A stretch of DNA of 64,000 nt, from contig CM022672.1 in NCBI GenBank assembly GCA_012295275.1, positions 25,110,001 to 25,174,000 on the forward strand, written 5' to 3'. The notes under the pieces were generated by a model. That model did no database searches. It had not been told where the DNA came from and worked only from the letters and a program-made list of their open reading frames with translations. This DNA comes from Chrysomallon squamiferum (taxonomy: Eukaryota > Animalia > Mollusca). Both the position numbers and the translations under genes were made by a program. Each line of letters opens with the position of its first letter. Position 1 is the first letter of the stretch. Below are positions 38,986-54,055 of the stretch, in pieces.

Positions 38986-40196
38986 TTGTATGAAAGAACA
39001 TTATTCTGTAAGCCTTATTATAGGTATTGATTTAATTATGTAACCCTGGCATCAAGTTTCCGGTCAATCTGTTTCATTAATTTCATTTACTTTATTCACG
39101 TACCCCAAAAATACTCCAAACGGGTTAACTGCCACTGAAATGGAAAAAAAAAAAAACAACAACAACAAGAAAAAAAAAAAAAAAAAAAAATGGAAAAAAA
39201 AAAATCAAAAAAATCACAACAATACAAAAACCTTCACTTTGAAAATGAATGGAAGCATTAAGTATCACAAAAAGCTGTCAGTACATTTAAAGGAAGGAAA
39301 TGAACGTTTTTGGGTTGTTTTTTTTTTTTCTCTAATTATATATATTTGTGTGTTTTTTCCTTTTTCTTTCTTACTATTTATGACGAGTAAATGAAGGTTT
39401 CTCAGTGCATACATCTTTCCCACGTTTAGAGAAAAAACGTTATTACGACTGATGGAACGACAAAGCACTAAAGACGTGTATCTGCTGTCAGTATTGCTTG
39501 GCACATATTATTATCATCGTAACATACCAAAAGTTAACATATGTTTTGACGGCCAAGTGATAAAACTCGTAGATAATACAACAAGGTTAAGTACTCAGAA
39601 GAGATTTCTGTCTGAGACTTCTACTGGGTGTTCATGCTGAGCACCGCTATATCCAGATACGTTGATGTTCTGTGATATAATGGCTTTGATGATAGAAGCT
39701 TACTTCAGTTGGTTTTCTTACGATTTGATTTTTTTTTATATGAACTTGCTGATGAAGATTTGTTTTCCAGCCTATTTTGTCCACAGACAAATTTTCCAGT
39801 GGTGTATCTAATTCTTAAAAGTTTCATTCTATTTATTTATTTATTTATTATTGTTGTTGTTATCATTATTATTATTATTGTTGTTGTTGTTGTTGTTGTT
39901 GTTGTTTGAATCTGACAAAAAATCTAATTGTGTTAGTTGAATTAAATAAATTTTGAAATGAATAAATACAAAAACTAAGTCTGCTAGCCTGCGATTAACT
40001 TACTCGCTTGAACATGCACGAAGTTTTACGTTGGATTTTATTATTTTTATCTTTGTTTTTCTGAGAGGTGTTTGTGTGTATGTGTGTGTATTTCTACGTA
40101 TGTGTGTGGTAATGTCTACATGTGAATGTATTTGTATTTTTGTTAATGTGTGCCATATGTTTGTGAATGTTTGTACGAAACAGTCCATAAAGTATA

Positions 40197-40227
<31 letters not shown>

Positions 40228-40303
40228 CTGAACAACAACAACAAAAACAGCTATAACAATAATAATAATAATAATTTAAAAAACCCATAAAAAAAAATCC
40301 AAA

Positions 40304-40363
<60 letters not shown>

Positions 40364-41474
40364 AATAAAGTAAATAAGTAAATAAAACATTCCATATCTT
40401 AATGTGAATTTCTTGAATTTTTCTGTTCTGAAGGAAAATGATCATAAAAAAACTTTACATATGAAAATATACGTTTGCGAGTTAGATATGGCGAATTATG
40501 TGTAGAGATCGTTCGATACTGCAAAAACACGTCTAAACGATGAGACAGACGTGTCTAAACAATGGTTGTTTAAACGAAAAAATAAAAACACTTCTTAATT
40601 CTTTATTTGGTAGTATTTTTTGAAAATGTCCAAAAATTAAAGACACAATTCAATAAACTTGTTCATTTTAAACACTAAGATACATTTTAAAACAACAACA
40701 ACAACAATAAACAAACAAATAATAATAAATAAAGAAATAAAGGAATAAAAAAAAGAAACAAACAAACAAATAAATAAATTTTAAAAAATAATAAGAAAAG
40801 AAAAGAAAAGAAAAAACAAAACAAAAAGAAAAAAAAAAAATGAAGAAAAAGGTATAATATACTTTTGACTTATGACTCTGTCAGTCCCAATAAAAAACTT
40901 TGTTCAGAAATACAATGTAAGTATACAAAGATAAATTGTTTATCTCGATTACACAAACGAAGTTATAGCCTTAGACAAACAGAATATAAATCAATGGCAA
41001 AGTGTATTAGTAAGGTAGAGTATGATTCTACTGAGAATTGAATCAAAGATTACAGAAGACAGGAGCAACATAACTGTTTGTATATGTGCATAATTAAAAC
41101 CACATACACTCCTATTTATTTTGTTATTTAATCATAAATGTGATATTTAGGTTGTTATCATATCTTGCAAAATATCAGATTAGATGTTTGGTATCTCTAA
41201 TTTAGCTAACATTTATTTTAATATTTTTTCCCCACAACTGGGTTCGCACTTTTTCTTTCTTTCTTTCTTTGCTCTCTGTTCCTTTTATTTCTTCCTTTCA
41301 TTTTAATTTATTCTTATTGGTATATCTCGGAAGTTTTAATCACCTTTGCTCTGTTTTTTTTTTTTTTTGTTTTTTTTCCTAGAGCAGTTTTGAGAGACAC
41401 TGTGCAGTTTGGTCTATCAATCAGGCTTCACGTGGTCTGGAACTGCGTGTCAGTTGTGATAAAACACACGCAAC

Positions 41475-41573
41475 TAACATTTGTCATTGATTAACTAGGA
41501 AACTGAAAACCATGTGTAATTGGTCGAATTTTTTTCAGTTTTAATGTACGTTTTAGCACTAGCATAAAAAATA

Positions 41574-41669
<96 letters not shown>

Positions 41670-41777
41670 CATTTGTCATTGATTAAATAGGAACCTGAAA
41701 GCCATCTGTAATTGGACTCTATTATTTTTCCAGTTTTTATGCAAGCTGTAGCACAATGCATAAAAAATTATCTCTCT
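41475..41777. repeat. ~105-bp tandem duplication separated by (CT)~45
   Basis: AACATTTGTCATTGATTAA(C/A)TAGGAA(A/C)CTGAAA... occurs at 41475 and 41666. Confidence 0.85.
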
Positions 41778-43212
41778 TAGGATTTATTTTTTTTTAATTT
41801 ATTTTTTCATACGGACTCGCAGAAAAATCTTCTTTTCATTAGCCCGTAAAATTACTGATGATACATATGCTGTTTTAATTTTGTTTTAAATGTAATTATT
41901 TATTTATTAACCTCTATACTGAAGTGTAGGTTAGTGTATTGGTAGACCGTTAAGGAAAGGAAGATAGTAGCTTGTTTTATATTTTACTTAATGCAGTTTT
42001 AATCTAAGTTTATAGTGTGTCTTCAGTTATCTGTCATCCTCATTTTGGAAGTTTCATACACTTGTTGGTATACATAACTTTGATGGTGTTGCCCAGCTTT
42101 CTAAAGAGAATATTTATTTATTATACACCACTAAAGTTCTTCTAATTTAAAAACAAAAAAATAAAAAAATCTTTTTAAATTTTAATAAAGAATGAAGTTG
42201 TGTTCTTGTTTCTTCTTGTTCTTTCATTTGTGCATGTGTGTGTATGTCTATGTGTGTTTATATTTGTATATGCATACACACACACAACTGAATATTTTAA
42301 TATCGATATCGGCTGTTTCAGAAAACAATACGTTTTATTTGCGATTTTCATCTATTTAGATTTATGTTTTAAAATTTAAGTAAAGTAATTTAGCAATTTC
42401 TATATGAATTTAAAAAAAAAAAAAAAAAAAAAATGGATCTTCTTTATTTCCATTTTATTTATTGTTATAATAATAATCTCTGTCAGATTTGGTAATAAAT
42501 CGTTTGTCAAAGTTCTGTACAAAAAAAAAAACAGGACTTGATACTTTGATTTTTCTTTCCTTCTTCTTTTTTTAACTTCTCTTTTACTTCTTTCTTTTTC
42601 ACTAGTTTTTAAATTTAATATCATTATTTTAATTTTATCTATCTCTGACAGTTGTAACCTAGAAAAAGCTGATGACCTAAGCAAATGACGCATGATGATG
42701 ACTCAGTATCATCAATACTGACGAAAATTTGTTTAATCCACAATAAATTATTTACACACAGTCTCCTGTTGAAACTCCATCAACAGTCAGCTTCGAATTA
42801 CAGGTGAAACGCTGTATCATGTTTAATATGAATTTAAATTTGCAACAGACAGTCTGTGCTCGATAGTTTTTCCGAAATACGTGTTTAAATTTGGAATCGA
42901 ATGAACGTATTTTTTAGATCATTTTTGCTTTAGCGAAATATACACATGTATTTCAGTTTAAGAATGTCTTTTCGTGGTTGTTTTAATGAAATTTGAAACA
43001 GAACAATACATATATATTCTTTTTTTTTATTTTTTTTTTTGTGTGTGTGTTTGAAAAGTTAACATTAAAAGTGTATATTTTAAACCTGTTATTCATTGGC
43101 TTATATTCATTTTATACCTTTATTCAAAGCAAAAGATAGAGAAATAATTACAGAGACTGATAGAGACAGACAGACACACAGGCAAAGTGACACTCTCATA
43201 AACACACACACT

Positions 43213-43215
<3 letters not shown>

Positions 43216-43300
<85 letters not shown>
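43216..43300. repeat. (AG)n microsatellite
   Basis: Direct observation. Confidence 0.95.
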
Positions 43301-43303
<3 letters not shown>

Positions 43304-43624
43304 ACACACAAAAGGTTTTACGCGCCCGTGAATGAATGTACAGAATGATCACTGCAGAAACAAAGGAAGTTAAGGTGCATTATTTTAATATCTTCACTTT
43401 CTTCTTGCATTAAAATATTTAGAAAAAAAAAATGTAATAAATTAGAATGATTTAAGACGATTGCATCTAATGATCGGCTTTTTGAGACATAAGCTAAATT
43501 ACAATAATTATTATATATATATAGGCCTACATATTATTATTAAACATGGGTGAGCAAAACTCAGTATTCTTTTAGGTAATTACATGTGCATATTGTGTGT
43601 ACGTGTGTGTGTGTTTGTGACTTA

Positions 43625-43627
<3 letters not shown>

Positions 43628-43692
<65 letters not shown>
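43628..43692. repeat. (CT)n microsatellite
   Basis: Direct observation. Confidence 0.95.
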
Positions 43693-43702
<10 letters not shown>

Positions 43703-44243
43703 TATTAAATTTTTGGTTTTGCTTCAGTCTTTTATGACTTTTTTCACTTAATCTGCACACAAAAGCTGGATCTGATATCGGCCTTAACGTAATGCTTCAA
43801 ATGGCGACATTGATTAGGAAATAATTGCTATCACCACAGGTAATCGATCATTATCGACGACAACGACAACGACGTCATTTTACGGGCGATGAGTCAGGAA
43901 CGTTGCAAAACACGAACTGTCAACATGGTTAGAAAGATACACGTGTGGTATTGACGTATGTGACACATGGGCAAAGATAATATCTTTACGCAAATAAACG
44001 AGAGAGGAACGGAACCATGGAACTTCCGGACATTGTGTAGAAAATGGCTACTATTAAATAATAATTAGTTGTATCAGGCTGATTTTTGAAAAGAAAATGG
44101 TTGTGCGTGTTTGTGCATGAGAAATATCCCAGACCCACGATAACAAAGGGAGCAAAGAACCAGAGAGGATAATAGTAATCGTTTCGTTAAAGAAGTCACA
44201 GTGGATTTTATTTTACAATGCAAAAGTGACAATTTTATATATA

Positions 44244-44287
<44 letters not shown>

Positions 44288-44640
44288 TAATTTCTTTTTC
44301 TAAATATTTTTTAAATATATTATTCTGTTTTATTTATACAAATCGTCTCATTACAAAACAACAACAACAATAAATAAATAAATAAATAAATAAAATAAAA
44401 TAATTAAAATAAAATAAAATAAATTAAATAAAAAAAATTAAATAAAAAAAATTAAATTAAAAATAAAAATAAAAAGTAAATTCCTAAAAAAAAAAAAATA
44501 TCTGCAAACACTAAAACAAAACAGCATCAACAGTAAAAATATACAACTATATAAAACAAAAGAAAATAAATGTACAAATGAAATTAAAATTATTAAATAT
44601 AATAATAATAATAATATCATCGTCATCATCATCATCATCA

Positions 44641-44699
<59 letters not shown>

Positions 44700-44820
44700 A
44701 CAACAATAAATAAAATAGAAGTAAAGAAGATCCGTTCATTAATTTTTTTTAAATTCGTGTAATAATTGCAAAGGACTTTACTTAAATTTTAAATAAAAAC
44801 AGTTATATAATACTAAATGA

Positions 44821-44859
<39 letters not shown>

Positions 44860-45534
44860 AATAAAATAAAATAAAATAAAATAAAATAAATTAATTAAAA
44901 TAGAAATAAATAAGAACCTTTTATTATTTTATTACTGTAAATTCTAATTGAAACTGGAATATCAATTTACTTAAATTTTAGATAACGAATGACTCACTTG
45001 TTTTGGCTTAGAGAAGTTTGGACACGTCTGTTGCGGGATTTATCAAGAATGTAACGATCGTTTTCATTGGTAAAATCATTACCTCATAGATTTAACGATG
45101 ATATTGATTGGAGGCATTTATTGTCGAGGGAGGACGTTGTAAACACCTGTATGAGTCATGAAGGCCATGGAAACTTCATGATTCATCAACGGTCAATTTT
45201 CAAAATAACATTAATCTTGAACACTCAGTTCAAATTTTGTTTTGCAATATGTTTTATTTAGTTATTTATCTTTTCACTATTCCATTTTCTTTCTTTTCTT
45301 TTCTTTTCTTTTTTTAAATTCTTTTTGTATGGGTATGTGTTTGCTGTTTGCTGAGTCTGTCAAATCTCATGTTGAAAAATAATTAATTTCAGCAGCATTT
45401 AAATTTCTTTTTTGAAAAAATATTTTATCGTATCATAATGGTTTTAGATAATTATTCGTAAAGAAAACGGAAATCTTCAAGAATAATATAATTAAGATTT
45501 AAAAAAAAAAAAAAAGAAGTAGAAAGAAAGAAAG

Positions 45535-46140
45535 AAAAGAAATGTTTTATTGAACGCTGCAGTTAACGTATTTTTCAGTTATGGAAGAGAAAACTGGATG
45601 TCACAATGCGATACGCTATTTTAAAATATCTTTTTAGATTAACAGCATGAACAAACATTATATACGTTATCTTTTATAAACATTATCCCACAGATACGAA
45701 AACACATAATCTTTGATGTACCAGGTGCGACTGACGGACTGAAGCCGTAAATAAGATAATCACTTCTCTAAAATCCGAACAGTCTTTTCTCCTGCAGTTT
45801 GCACTAACAAATACACAGCGAAAGAACAAGGAGTAAATGAAATTCTTAAATTACACAACCTAAAAACAAGACGAAAAGCCATCATCTGCGATAATTAGAA
45901 GCTGCAAAATAAAATGAAATTCATTACGTGTATAAAAGAACGAAACAAGGAAGTAAGAAAATGTTTTATTTTTACGGCGCACTTAACACACTTTTGTCCA
46001 ACGGATAAATGCTTATAAAGAAAAAAAAAAATTAATAATAAATGAGTAAAACGTAAAAAGAAAATAAATTCACCACTGTCATTCGTTGGTCTACTCTTTC
46101 TAGCAGAAAGTCTTTTATATGCACCTTCCCTTAGGTAGGG
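45535..46140 (-). mobile_element. Two degenerate copies of the same old SINE family
   Basis: Two starts AAATGTTTTATT..ACG..GCA.TTAAC (45540, 45958), followed by TCTTTTATA..CA.TATCCCACAGA / TCTTTTATATGCACC. Confidence 0.4.
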
Positions 46141-47219
46141 GAGTAATGCGTAAATACAAATTAAAAAAACACTGGTCGACATAAGAACAAGAAGAAGAAA
46201 AAAAGAAAATGAGATCCGCGGGAGAAGAAAATCGCGCTGACTCTAAATAGATTGTAACCTAAGGTTGCTTGTAGACTTAGAAGTAAATTCTGTCACTGTG
46301 ACTTTGGTGGTCTTAGATAGCTATGTACGATAAATAAACCAGCAAGTTTTTTTTTTATTATTTTTATTTTTGATCTTTTAATCTATCTCCCTGTTTCCCA
46401 TCTGTTCAGAACAGTATATATTCAGTGAAGTGTACAGTTGAAATTATCTGAATACAGACAATATATTCTTATTTGTCCCATCACTAACTATAAAACATGT
46501 CCAGACTTTGTGTTGCAGTTCTTGTTTATTATTCGGTATAAAAATGTAAATTTCTATGAAACATTTCCAGCTACTAAAAGGTACTTTTGCTAATTTTCTC
46601 TCAAATCCTAAACTGCATACTGTTTACTTATTATTTTCAGTAAAATATACATGTCCTTAAACTATTTCCAGTTTCAAATAAACTTATCTCAGTACTGAAA
46701 TATAATTTTCTTCAAAACATTTACGGATACTAATTTGCATATTTTCATGAACTAAAAACATTCTTACTTGTAAATATAAATTTCTTTCAAACATTTCCAG
46801 ATACCAAAATATATACTAAACAGCATTATTATTTATTACGTGCTCTGTGAAAATATAAAAATTCTTTAAAAGAATTTCAAGATCTAAAGAGTTTTAATGT
46901 GAATTATCCGAGACTTGCGGGATATACGCCATATGTTGATACAGGCAATATAACGAGATAGACAGCATAACGTTAGACAGACAGAAATAGGAGAATTCCA
47001 TATTTTAAATATATTAACTGTTAACGGAATTACAGCTGATTTACTATGGCAGGCGTCTCATAAATATTTCACGAAAAAACCTTAAAGATTCATCCTGAAA
47101 ATAATACCACAAATTTTCAAAGAATATAAAAAATGTGACGTTTTCTAAATATATATATATATATATAAACTGTTTTTACAGGCAAGACTAATTAGTTTTA
47201 CCTTTCTCGTTTTTACTTA

Positions 47220-47385
47220 GTGGGAGCTGTAACTTAAAACATAGACATGAGACGTGTTAGGTCGCTCGATCAATTCGCGTCAGTGCGCCCCTTTATGTAT
47301 TTCCCATTCTAGCAAGTTGTTCTCATCGGGTTTATTAAGGTTAGGTGTAAGCTCTTTTCTCTATAGGGGAAGATTCATTACATGA
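47220..47385 (+). mobile_element. Degenerate SINE 5' region (probably the same family)
   Basis: tRNA-like head remnant (GGTCGCTCGATCAATTCGCGTCAGTG) followed by TATTTCCCATTCTAGCAAGT; heavily diverged. Confidence 0.3.
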
Positions 47386-47840
47386 ACATTACAAACACAA
47401 TAATTAAATTACGTAAACATCACAAACAATATAATTGATAATATAAAAGTTTGTGTTGTACAAATATTACAAACAAAATAATAAATTACATCACTTTTAC
47501 AAATAAAATAGTTATATTACATAAAATTCGGTATTACATAAACATTACAAAAACTAATTATACTACATCAAACTGGTATTACATAAACTTTACAAACAAA
47601 ACAATTAAATTGTATGGATATTATAAACAACATAATTAATTTTATAAAACTTGGTATTACATATATATTACAAACAAAATAATTAAATTACATCAAACCG
47701 GTATTACGTGAAAATTAAAAAACAACGTAATTAAATTACATAACACAAATATTACATAAACGTTACAAAACAAAATAATTAAATTACATAAAACTTCCAA
47801 AGGGTCTATTACATAAACATTAATTAAATTACATCAGACA
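47385..47840. repeat. Degenerate ~45-bp AT-rich minisatellite (GGTATTACATAAACATTACAAACAAAATAATTAAATTACAT...)
   Basis: Recurring ATTACATAAAC and TAATTAAATTACA blocks. Confidence 0.75.
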
Positions 47841-48404
47841 TCACAGAGCATCATCTTATCTTACACAAAAAACTCACAACACAAATATTTATAAGCACGA
47901 AACGAATACCATTCTTCTTCAGCGGGAATTCTCCTCTGACATTCTTGGTTTCTGAAAGTTCTAAACAATTTTCGCTTTCACGCGAACAGCAAAAACAAAG
48001 TCCGGAACCTAATAGCGGGTCCATGTTACCTGAACAAACACACTCGGATGCCTACAGACGCTAAGAAAAGGCTGCAGGGGTTTCGTGATCAGAGGTAACT
48101 ATGGAGAAAGAAATATTGGTATTTTTGTTCAAGAATCCGTATCGCGTGGCAGGGAAATTTATATGAGAGGAGGCAGCCATGTGGGAATGGCGAGAGCTGA
48201 GATTTATGTTTGAATCTCTGTGTGTGTGTTTGTGGAGATAGGTAACGGGTCTGCGCAGTGTTATTCGAGATGTGTTTGTTGTTAAAATGGTGTATTATAA
48301 AGATTACTGCTATCTTCAGAGGAGAAGTTTATAGAACTGAAGTAGTGGTAAAATGATAAAACAGACAGATAAAATAAATAAACTATGCTGCTGATCGTAC
48401 TCCT

Positions 48405-48730
48405 GTTACTACTAATACTACTACTTCTAATACAAGAACTACTATAACTACTACTACGACTGCTACTATTACTACTACTACCAGTATAACTATTCTATTT
48501 CTGCTCCGACTAAACTACTAATACGGTACTACTTACATTACTAACACCACCACCACCACCACCACCACCACAACAACTACTACCATAACGACTGCATCCG
48601 CTGTGAATGTTATTATTGCTGAACTGCTATAGTGCAATTTTACTTCTAACATTACTCCAACTACAATAACAAAAACTACAACGCCAGAAACAATAACTAC
48701 AATAACAAATACTGCAATTTATACTGATAA
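48405..48730. repeat. Low-complexity ACT/ACC/ACA trinucleotide region
   Basis: Direct observation; interrupted by stops, no splice context. Confidence 0.7.
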
Positions 48731-49259
48731 TGATGATCACAAATACAGAGAAAAGATAAGTCTATGTATGTGTGTACATTTATCTATGTGCTTGTATATA
48801 TGTGTGTATATGTGTATATGTATGTGTGAGGGGTGAATATATATATATATATATATATATAGGTTCGTTCTGTTTGTCTGTGTGTCCGTATTAACGAATA
48901 AATCAGGTGACTCTAATACTTTTACATATCGATGCTGAAAACGGAGATAACAATAGCATCTCATATTCGTGTGTCGTATTAAACTGTTAATATCTTCACT
49001 CTTTAGTAATGTTCAACTGTCACACTGACGAATATAGGTGGTATTCAGCGCTGTTACCAGGATAGATAAAGAGAACATTAAAACGATTATTTCATCTTAA
49101 ATCCTCTAATGTCAATTTTCAAGACATTCATCTGTTTGTTTTAGGTGTTTATAACGTAATGCACAGCTTACACTGCAGCTTCACGTAACATTATCCTTTT
49201 CATCAAATAACAGTTAATCTGCTTGCCTTGGTAAAAAAACCCTCAATATTAAAGCTAAT

Positions 49260-49346
<87 letters not shown>

Positions 49347-51783
49347 GTGATAATGATGATAAAGTTAATAAAAATAACAATATAATGATGATGTTTATAA
49401 TAGTAATGATAAAATGATGATGATAATGGTGTTGGTGATGATGGTCATGATGATAATAAAGTTAATAATAATGATGATGATGATGATAATGATGATAGTG
49501 GTGGTGGTGGTGGTGGTGGTTATAAATAAAGAAATATCCTATTACGTGTTGGTTTTCTGAACAAGACGTTATTAATCCTATTCGACACGACTTTATTTTC
49601 TCATTGTTGCAGAAAATCGTTAAGCAGTCTCTTAGTGCAGAGATCAAGGGCGAATCGAGAATTTCAGAAAAAGGGGGTATTGAAGAGAGTTTTTATATAT
49701 ATGGAAAATTAACAACAAAAACCATAACAATAACAACAACACAACAACACCCAACATCAACAACGAAAACGCCAAAATTAGGCTATTAGAAGAAAAAAAA
49801 CGCCTTTTTGCAAATTACAGATCGGCGGCCCCTTCTATTCCTCAACCGGTTTCTGGCGGTGTTATTTCAAAACTTAGAGACTTTTTGCTCCGCCTCTGTG
49901 TAACTTTTCGCATCAATCAATCAGTTGACGTATGTAAATAGTCTCCCCTGTTCTGCTCACTGACGCAAGCAGTCGATCCTTTATTCGTGCGCGTTTCAGT
50001 GTTTGTCTTCTAATGATGCTTGTAAGACGATTATGGCTGCACAGAAATGCACTTTTTTTTCTCTCCTGTTTTAATCTTTTCGTTTCGCTCGTTCGTTCTT
50101 TCTTTTTTCTTTTTTTTTGATTTTTTTCGTCTTCAGTCAAAATATTGTAAAGTTTCTATTGCTGTTTGACTGACGGGAGAATGAAAAATAGTTTAGGTAA
50201 TACTTAGAACGAAAGCAACATTCTGTAATGTCTTTAACATGTATAGAGATATTCATACCCACACTCACTCATACGCACACACAAACACGTACATGAATAG
50301 GCTGTATACATATATATATTTATATACCCACAAAATAAAATAGTTCTATGATTTTTAAGTCTGTTATTTAAAAAAAAAAAAAAAAAAAAAAATTACTTTA
50401 ACCATTTGATATTTTCATATAACGGATTCCTCATATTTCATTATGGTCAGTTATGGCCAGTTATTTTTATTCTACGGCTATTTTGGACCAAATACATTAT
50501 TACAACCGGCTTTAACAGAATAGTGAACGGGGTATTTAATAAAGTCAATACAAGAGCCTTCCTGCTCCAAGAGATTCAACAGATAGTCTGTTAGTCTAGA
50601 CATTCAACAGCTGTTTTCCTAACACGTCGATTCGTTAAAACTTATCAAAGTTTGGGTACAGGGAATTGCAGCATAATTTTCACCGTATAACGAAATGTTC
50701 AAGCGAGTCTGGAGAGTTCACAACGTCTGATTTCCCCCTCTCACACTCTGAAAGATCTGTCCTAAAAATCTCGAGGCCGAGCAGTTAGCTCATAAAAGGT
50801 ATCGTTTACATTAATGATAGTTCGTTCAGACGGTTAGACAATCTGTGGTCACTGAATCCGTTATTGGGTCTGGATTGTCGTTTACTATGAAAACAGAGCA
50901 GACGTTTTTCCCCGAAACCAAACAACCACCATACGTGCTTCGGTGAATATCGCCGACAATTAAACAAACATTCCACCCTGACTTTGAAATGTTGAAAGAT
51001 CAAGAGGTAAATGACTCCGTCGTAGTGAACGAACAAACAGTCTAGCTGGAGAGTTTTCTAAGTCGTTACGAACCTGCTGACGTTACGACTCGCTGGAGTC
51101 GTTTCACTCGATTGTTTTGATGATCCCGTGTCCCGATAGAACATCGCTTGAAATTTCAATGTGTGTAGCGCAGACGAGTGCTTTGATGTGCTCGGAGTCT
51201 TCATCTGTTTATCGCGTCTCTTCTAAACACGTGGTTTTTATGCGTAAGTACTTTATAATCATCGCTGATAATTGTTTGGGATGCTCTGCTCATGGTTTGA
51301 TGGAAAACGAGATGAAAAGAAAATATAAAAAAAATCACTTTTATTCAGCAGCTGAAGTCTCGGTAAAATGTCTACGTCATGGAAAAGCAGATTTGAAAAT
51401 GGCAATTTCGTATCCATTTACACTAATATTTCAATCTCAGAATTTGCTTTTTCTATCAACACGCTATTAATGCCTTGGGCAAATCTCATCTATTTCTGAC
51501 TTGAGAATGTGTTTTGACGTTATGTTTGTCTAGGGAAAGAGGATGAAAAGAAAAGGACAAGAAGACCTAGCTTTCATACTTTTACATACGTATTGATTAT
51601 ATGTGAGTGAGATTAAGGAGAATATTATAATTATGGGCGTTGTCTTAAACATCTCAACATAATATTATTATTCTTAATCATCTGTACTTAAACTATAATA
51701 ACTTTGTTGTATGAGAAAATATTTGTATAACTGTAAGTCAGTCTGTCTTGCTGTCTGTCTGTCTGTTTGAATGTAAGTATATC

Positions 51784-51820
<37 letters not shown>

Positions 51821-52694
51821 CATTAAATATATGTATTTGTGTTGTATTAGTAAATGGCCAAGAACAAGAAACGCACATACACGCACATTTATTTAACTTG
51901 AAACGACACTATAATTATTTTGAACAAAATATTTCACTTCTAAACACAACAGAGATGAAAACAACAACCGCGACAATGACGACGATGATGATGATGCTAA
52001 TAATAATAATAATAATAATTAAAATAATAACACCAACAACAGTACTGACAGCGACAGTCATCATTTATTCCGCTGTGAGAATTCGATGGAGGCAGAGGAC
52101 AGCGAGGAAGGGTAACTGTAGCAGGCTGTCATTAAATCTGCTTTGATTTCACGCGATTAGACCAGATAAACGTGTTTACCCTTCGCCATTTAACTAGCCG
52201 TTTTCCACTGATAGACGTGTCGTCACTCCGGCCGAGAATAACCGTTAATAACGACAGCGTAACACAACTGGGAAACCAGTACACTGAAGCAAGCCACTGC
52301 GACTTTTTTTCTCATAGGAATGAACAGTTTAAATGCACCAGATTACGCGCGGATGTCGGGTTTATTTCGCGAAGCAAATTAATCCCCGAGCTCGCCGCAA
52401 AGCGTATGAATCCGAGTGTGAGGTGTTTGGAAATCAAGTAGTTTAAGCAAATAGAGTTGTGGTTAGCACGTAAAGAGTAGCAATCGTTCTGTTGTTTTGT
52501 TATGTTTTGCAGGGGTATTTCGAAGATGATTTTACGATCTGAAGCTACTGTAGGTTTCAAGGTTGTAAACAGAAAAAATCATTTTTTTTAATTATTATTA
52601 TTTATTTTTTTATTTTTTTTATTTGTAATAAGAAAACATAGGAATGATAGAAGTGACAGTTATTTACTTTTACTACTTTCATTATTGCGCCTGT

Positions 52695-52741
<47 letters not shown>

Positions 52742-53421
52742 AAAAACAACAGTTCGCACACACACAGGCTCACTACATTTATGAAATTAGAACAAATTAT
52801 ATAAATAAATAAGAAAGGAAAATAAATTAGCAACATTCGCACACGTACGTAGTCTTCGAAAAACAGTTTGACCTTTTAATCTTCATTTCTGATCTTCTTT
52901 TTTATAAATATTTTTCCAGAAGAAAATTAATCTTTTTTCTTTTGCCTTTCTAATTTAAAATTTCGGAAATGCGACGAAAATAGGAATCTGATTCTTAAAT
53001 AACATTTTAAATAATATTATTAAAAAAAGCTGTTGCCGTTTCTTTTTTTTCTTTCTGTTTTTTTATCTGCTGGCGATACTGATTATATTTCTTGGCAGAC
53101 GGCCAGACTTACGTCGTATTAAAGTAGTTATTAATAAAAACAGAGCTGATTATAAAAATTAAATAAAAACAACACGGCTCGTTTAAACGAGGATCCAGAC
53201 AATGTTTATTGATATTGTTAGACGCGTGTATCTGGCAGAACGGCATTCGTTGCTTTATTTATTTAACCTTATTATTTTTTTAATTTATTGCCTGAAAATA
53301 AAATTAAACAAAACAAAGGAAAGACCACACAAAGGTTTCTACATAAAAACAAACAAACCAAAAAAAATAAAAAATAAAAAATTCTAAAAAAGAAAAAAGA
53401 AGAAGGAAAAGTGGAAGAAAG

Positions 53422-53472
<51 letters not shown>

Positions 53473-53599
53473 TAGAAATAGCATAAATTTATGTATGTGT
53501 GTTAAAAAAGAAAGAACGAAACGACATATGTATGTACATATGTATTTTTTGTATTATGTATGTATGTAGTGTAGGATTTTGAATTTTCTCTGATATATG

Positions 53600-53752
53600 T
53601 TTGTCTGATTAGACTCTGCACATAGACAATATTCGGAAAGGCCCTGGCTCAGGAGGACAAAGTCCATCACAAACCAGTCAGATGCCGCTGACGAGACTCG
53701 AGAGTATGGCACCCACTCGCCCGCACTCCGGTTACCGTTCGGCCACCGAGCC
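53600..53752 (-). mobile_element. tRNA-derived SINE
   Basis: Minus strand starts GGCTCGGTGGCCGAACGGTAA (A-box TGGCCGAACGG) with a degenerate B-box (CTCGAGTC). The segment GTCAGATGCCGCTGACGA-ACTCGA recurs at ~31825-31849, showing it is dispersed. Confidence 0.6.
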
Positions 53753-53779
53753 ATACATATGTCTGTATTTATGGACGCA

Positions 53780-53971
53780 TGTACGTATTATATAGACATG
53801 TATGTATGTATGTATGTGTGTGTGTATATATGTATGAATGTATGTATGTATGTATAACATGTGTGTATGTATGTATGTATGTATGTATATATGTATGTAT
53901 GTATGTGTGTGTATGTGTATGTATGTATGTATGTATGTATGTATGTATATATGTATGTATGTATGTGTGTG

Positions 53972-54003
<32 letters not shown>

Positions 54004-54055
54004 TGTATGTATGTATGTATGTATGTATGTATGTATGTATGTATGTATGTATCTA
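53780..54055. repeat. (ATGT)n tetranucleotide microsatellite
   Basis: Direct observation; source of the spurious MYVC ORFs. Confidence 0.95.

Noticed and set aside
43549-43570. GTGAGCAAA resembling miR-87 5' end
   Set aside because: Only the seed matches; no hairpin.
53700-53752. tRNA gene
   Set aside because: A-box present but no cloverleaf and a degenerate B-box; better explained as a SINE head.
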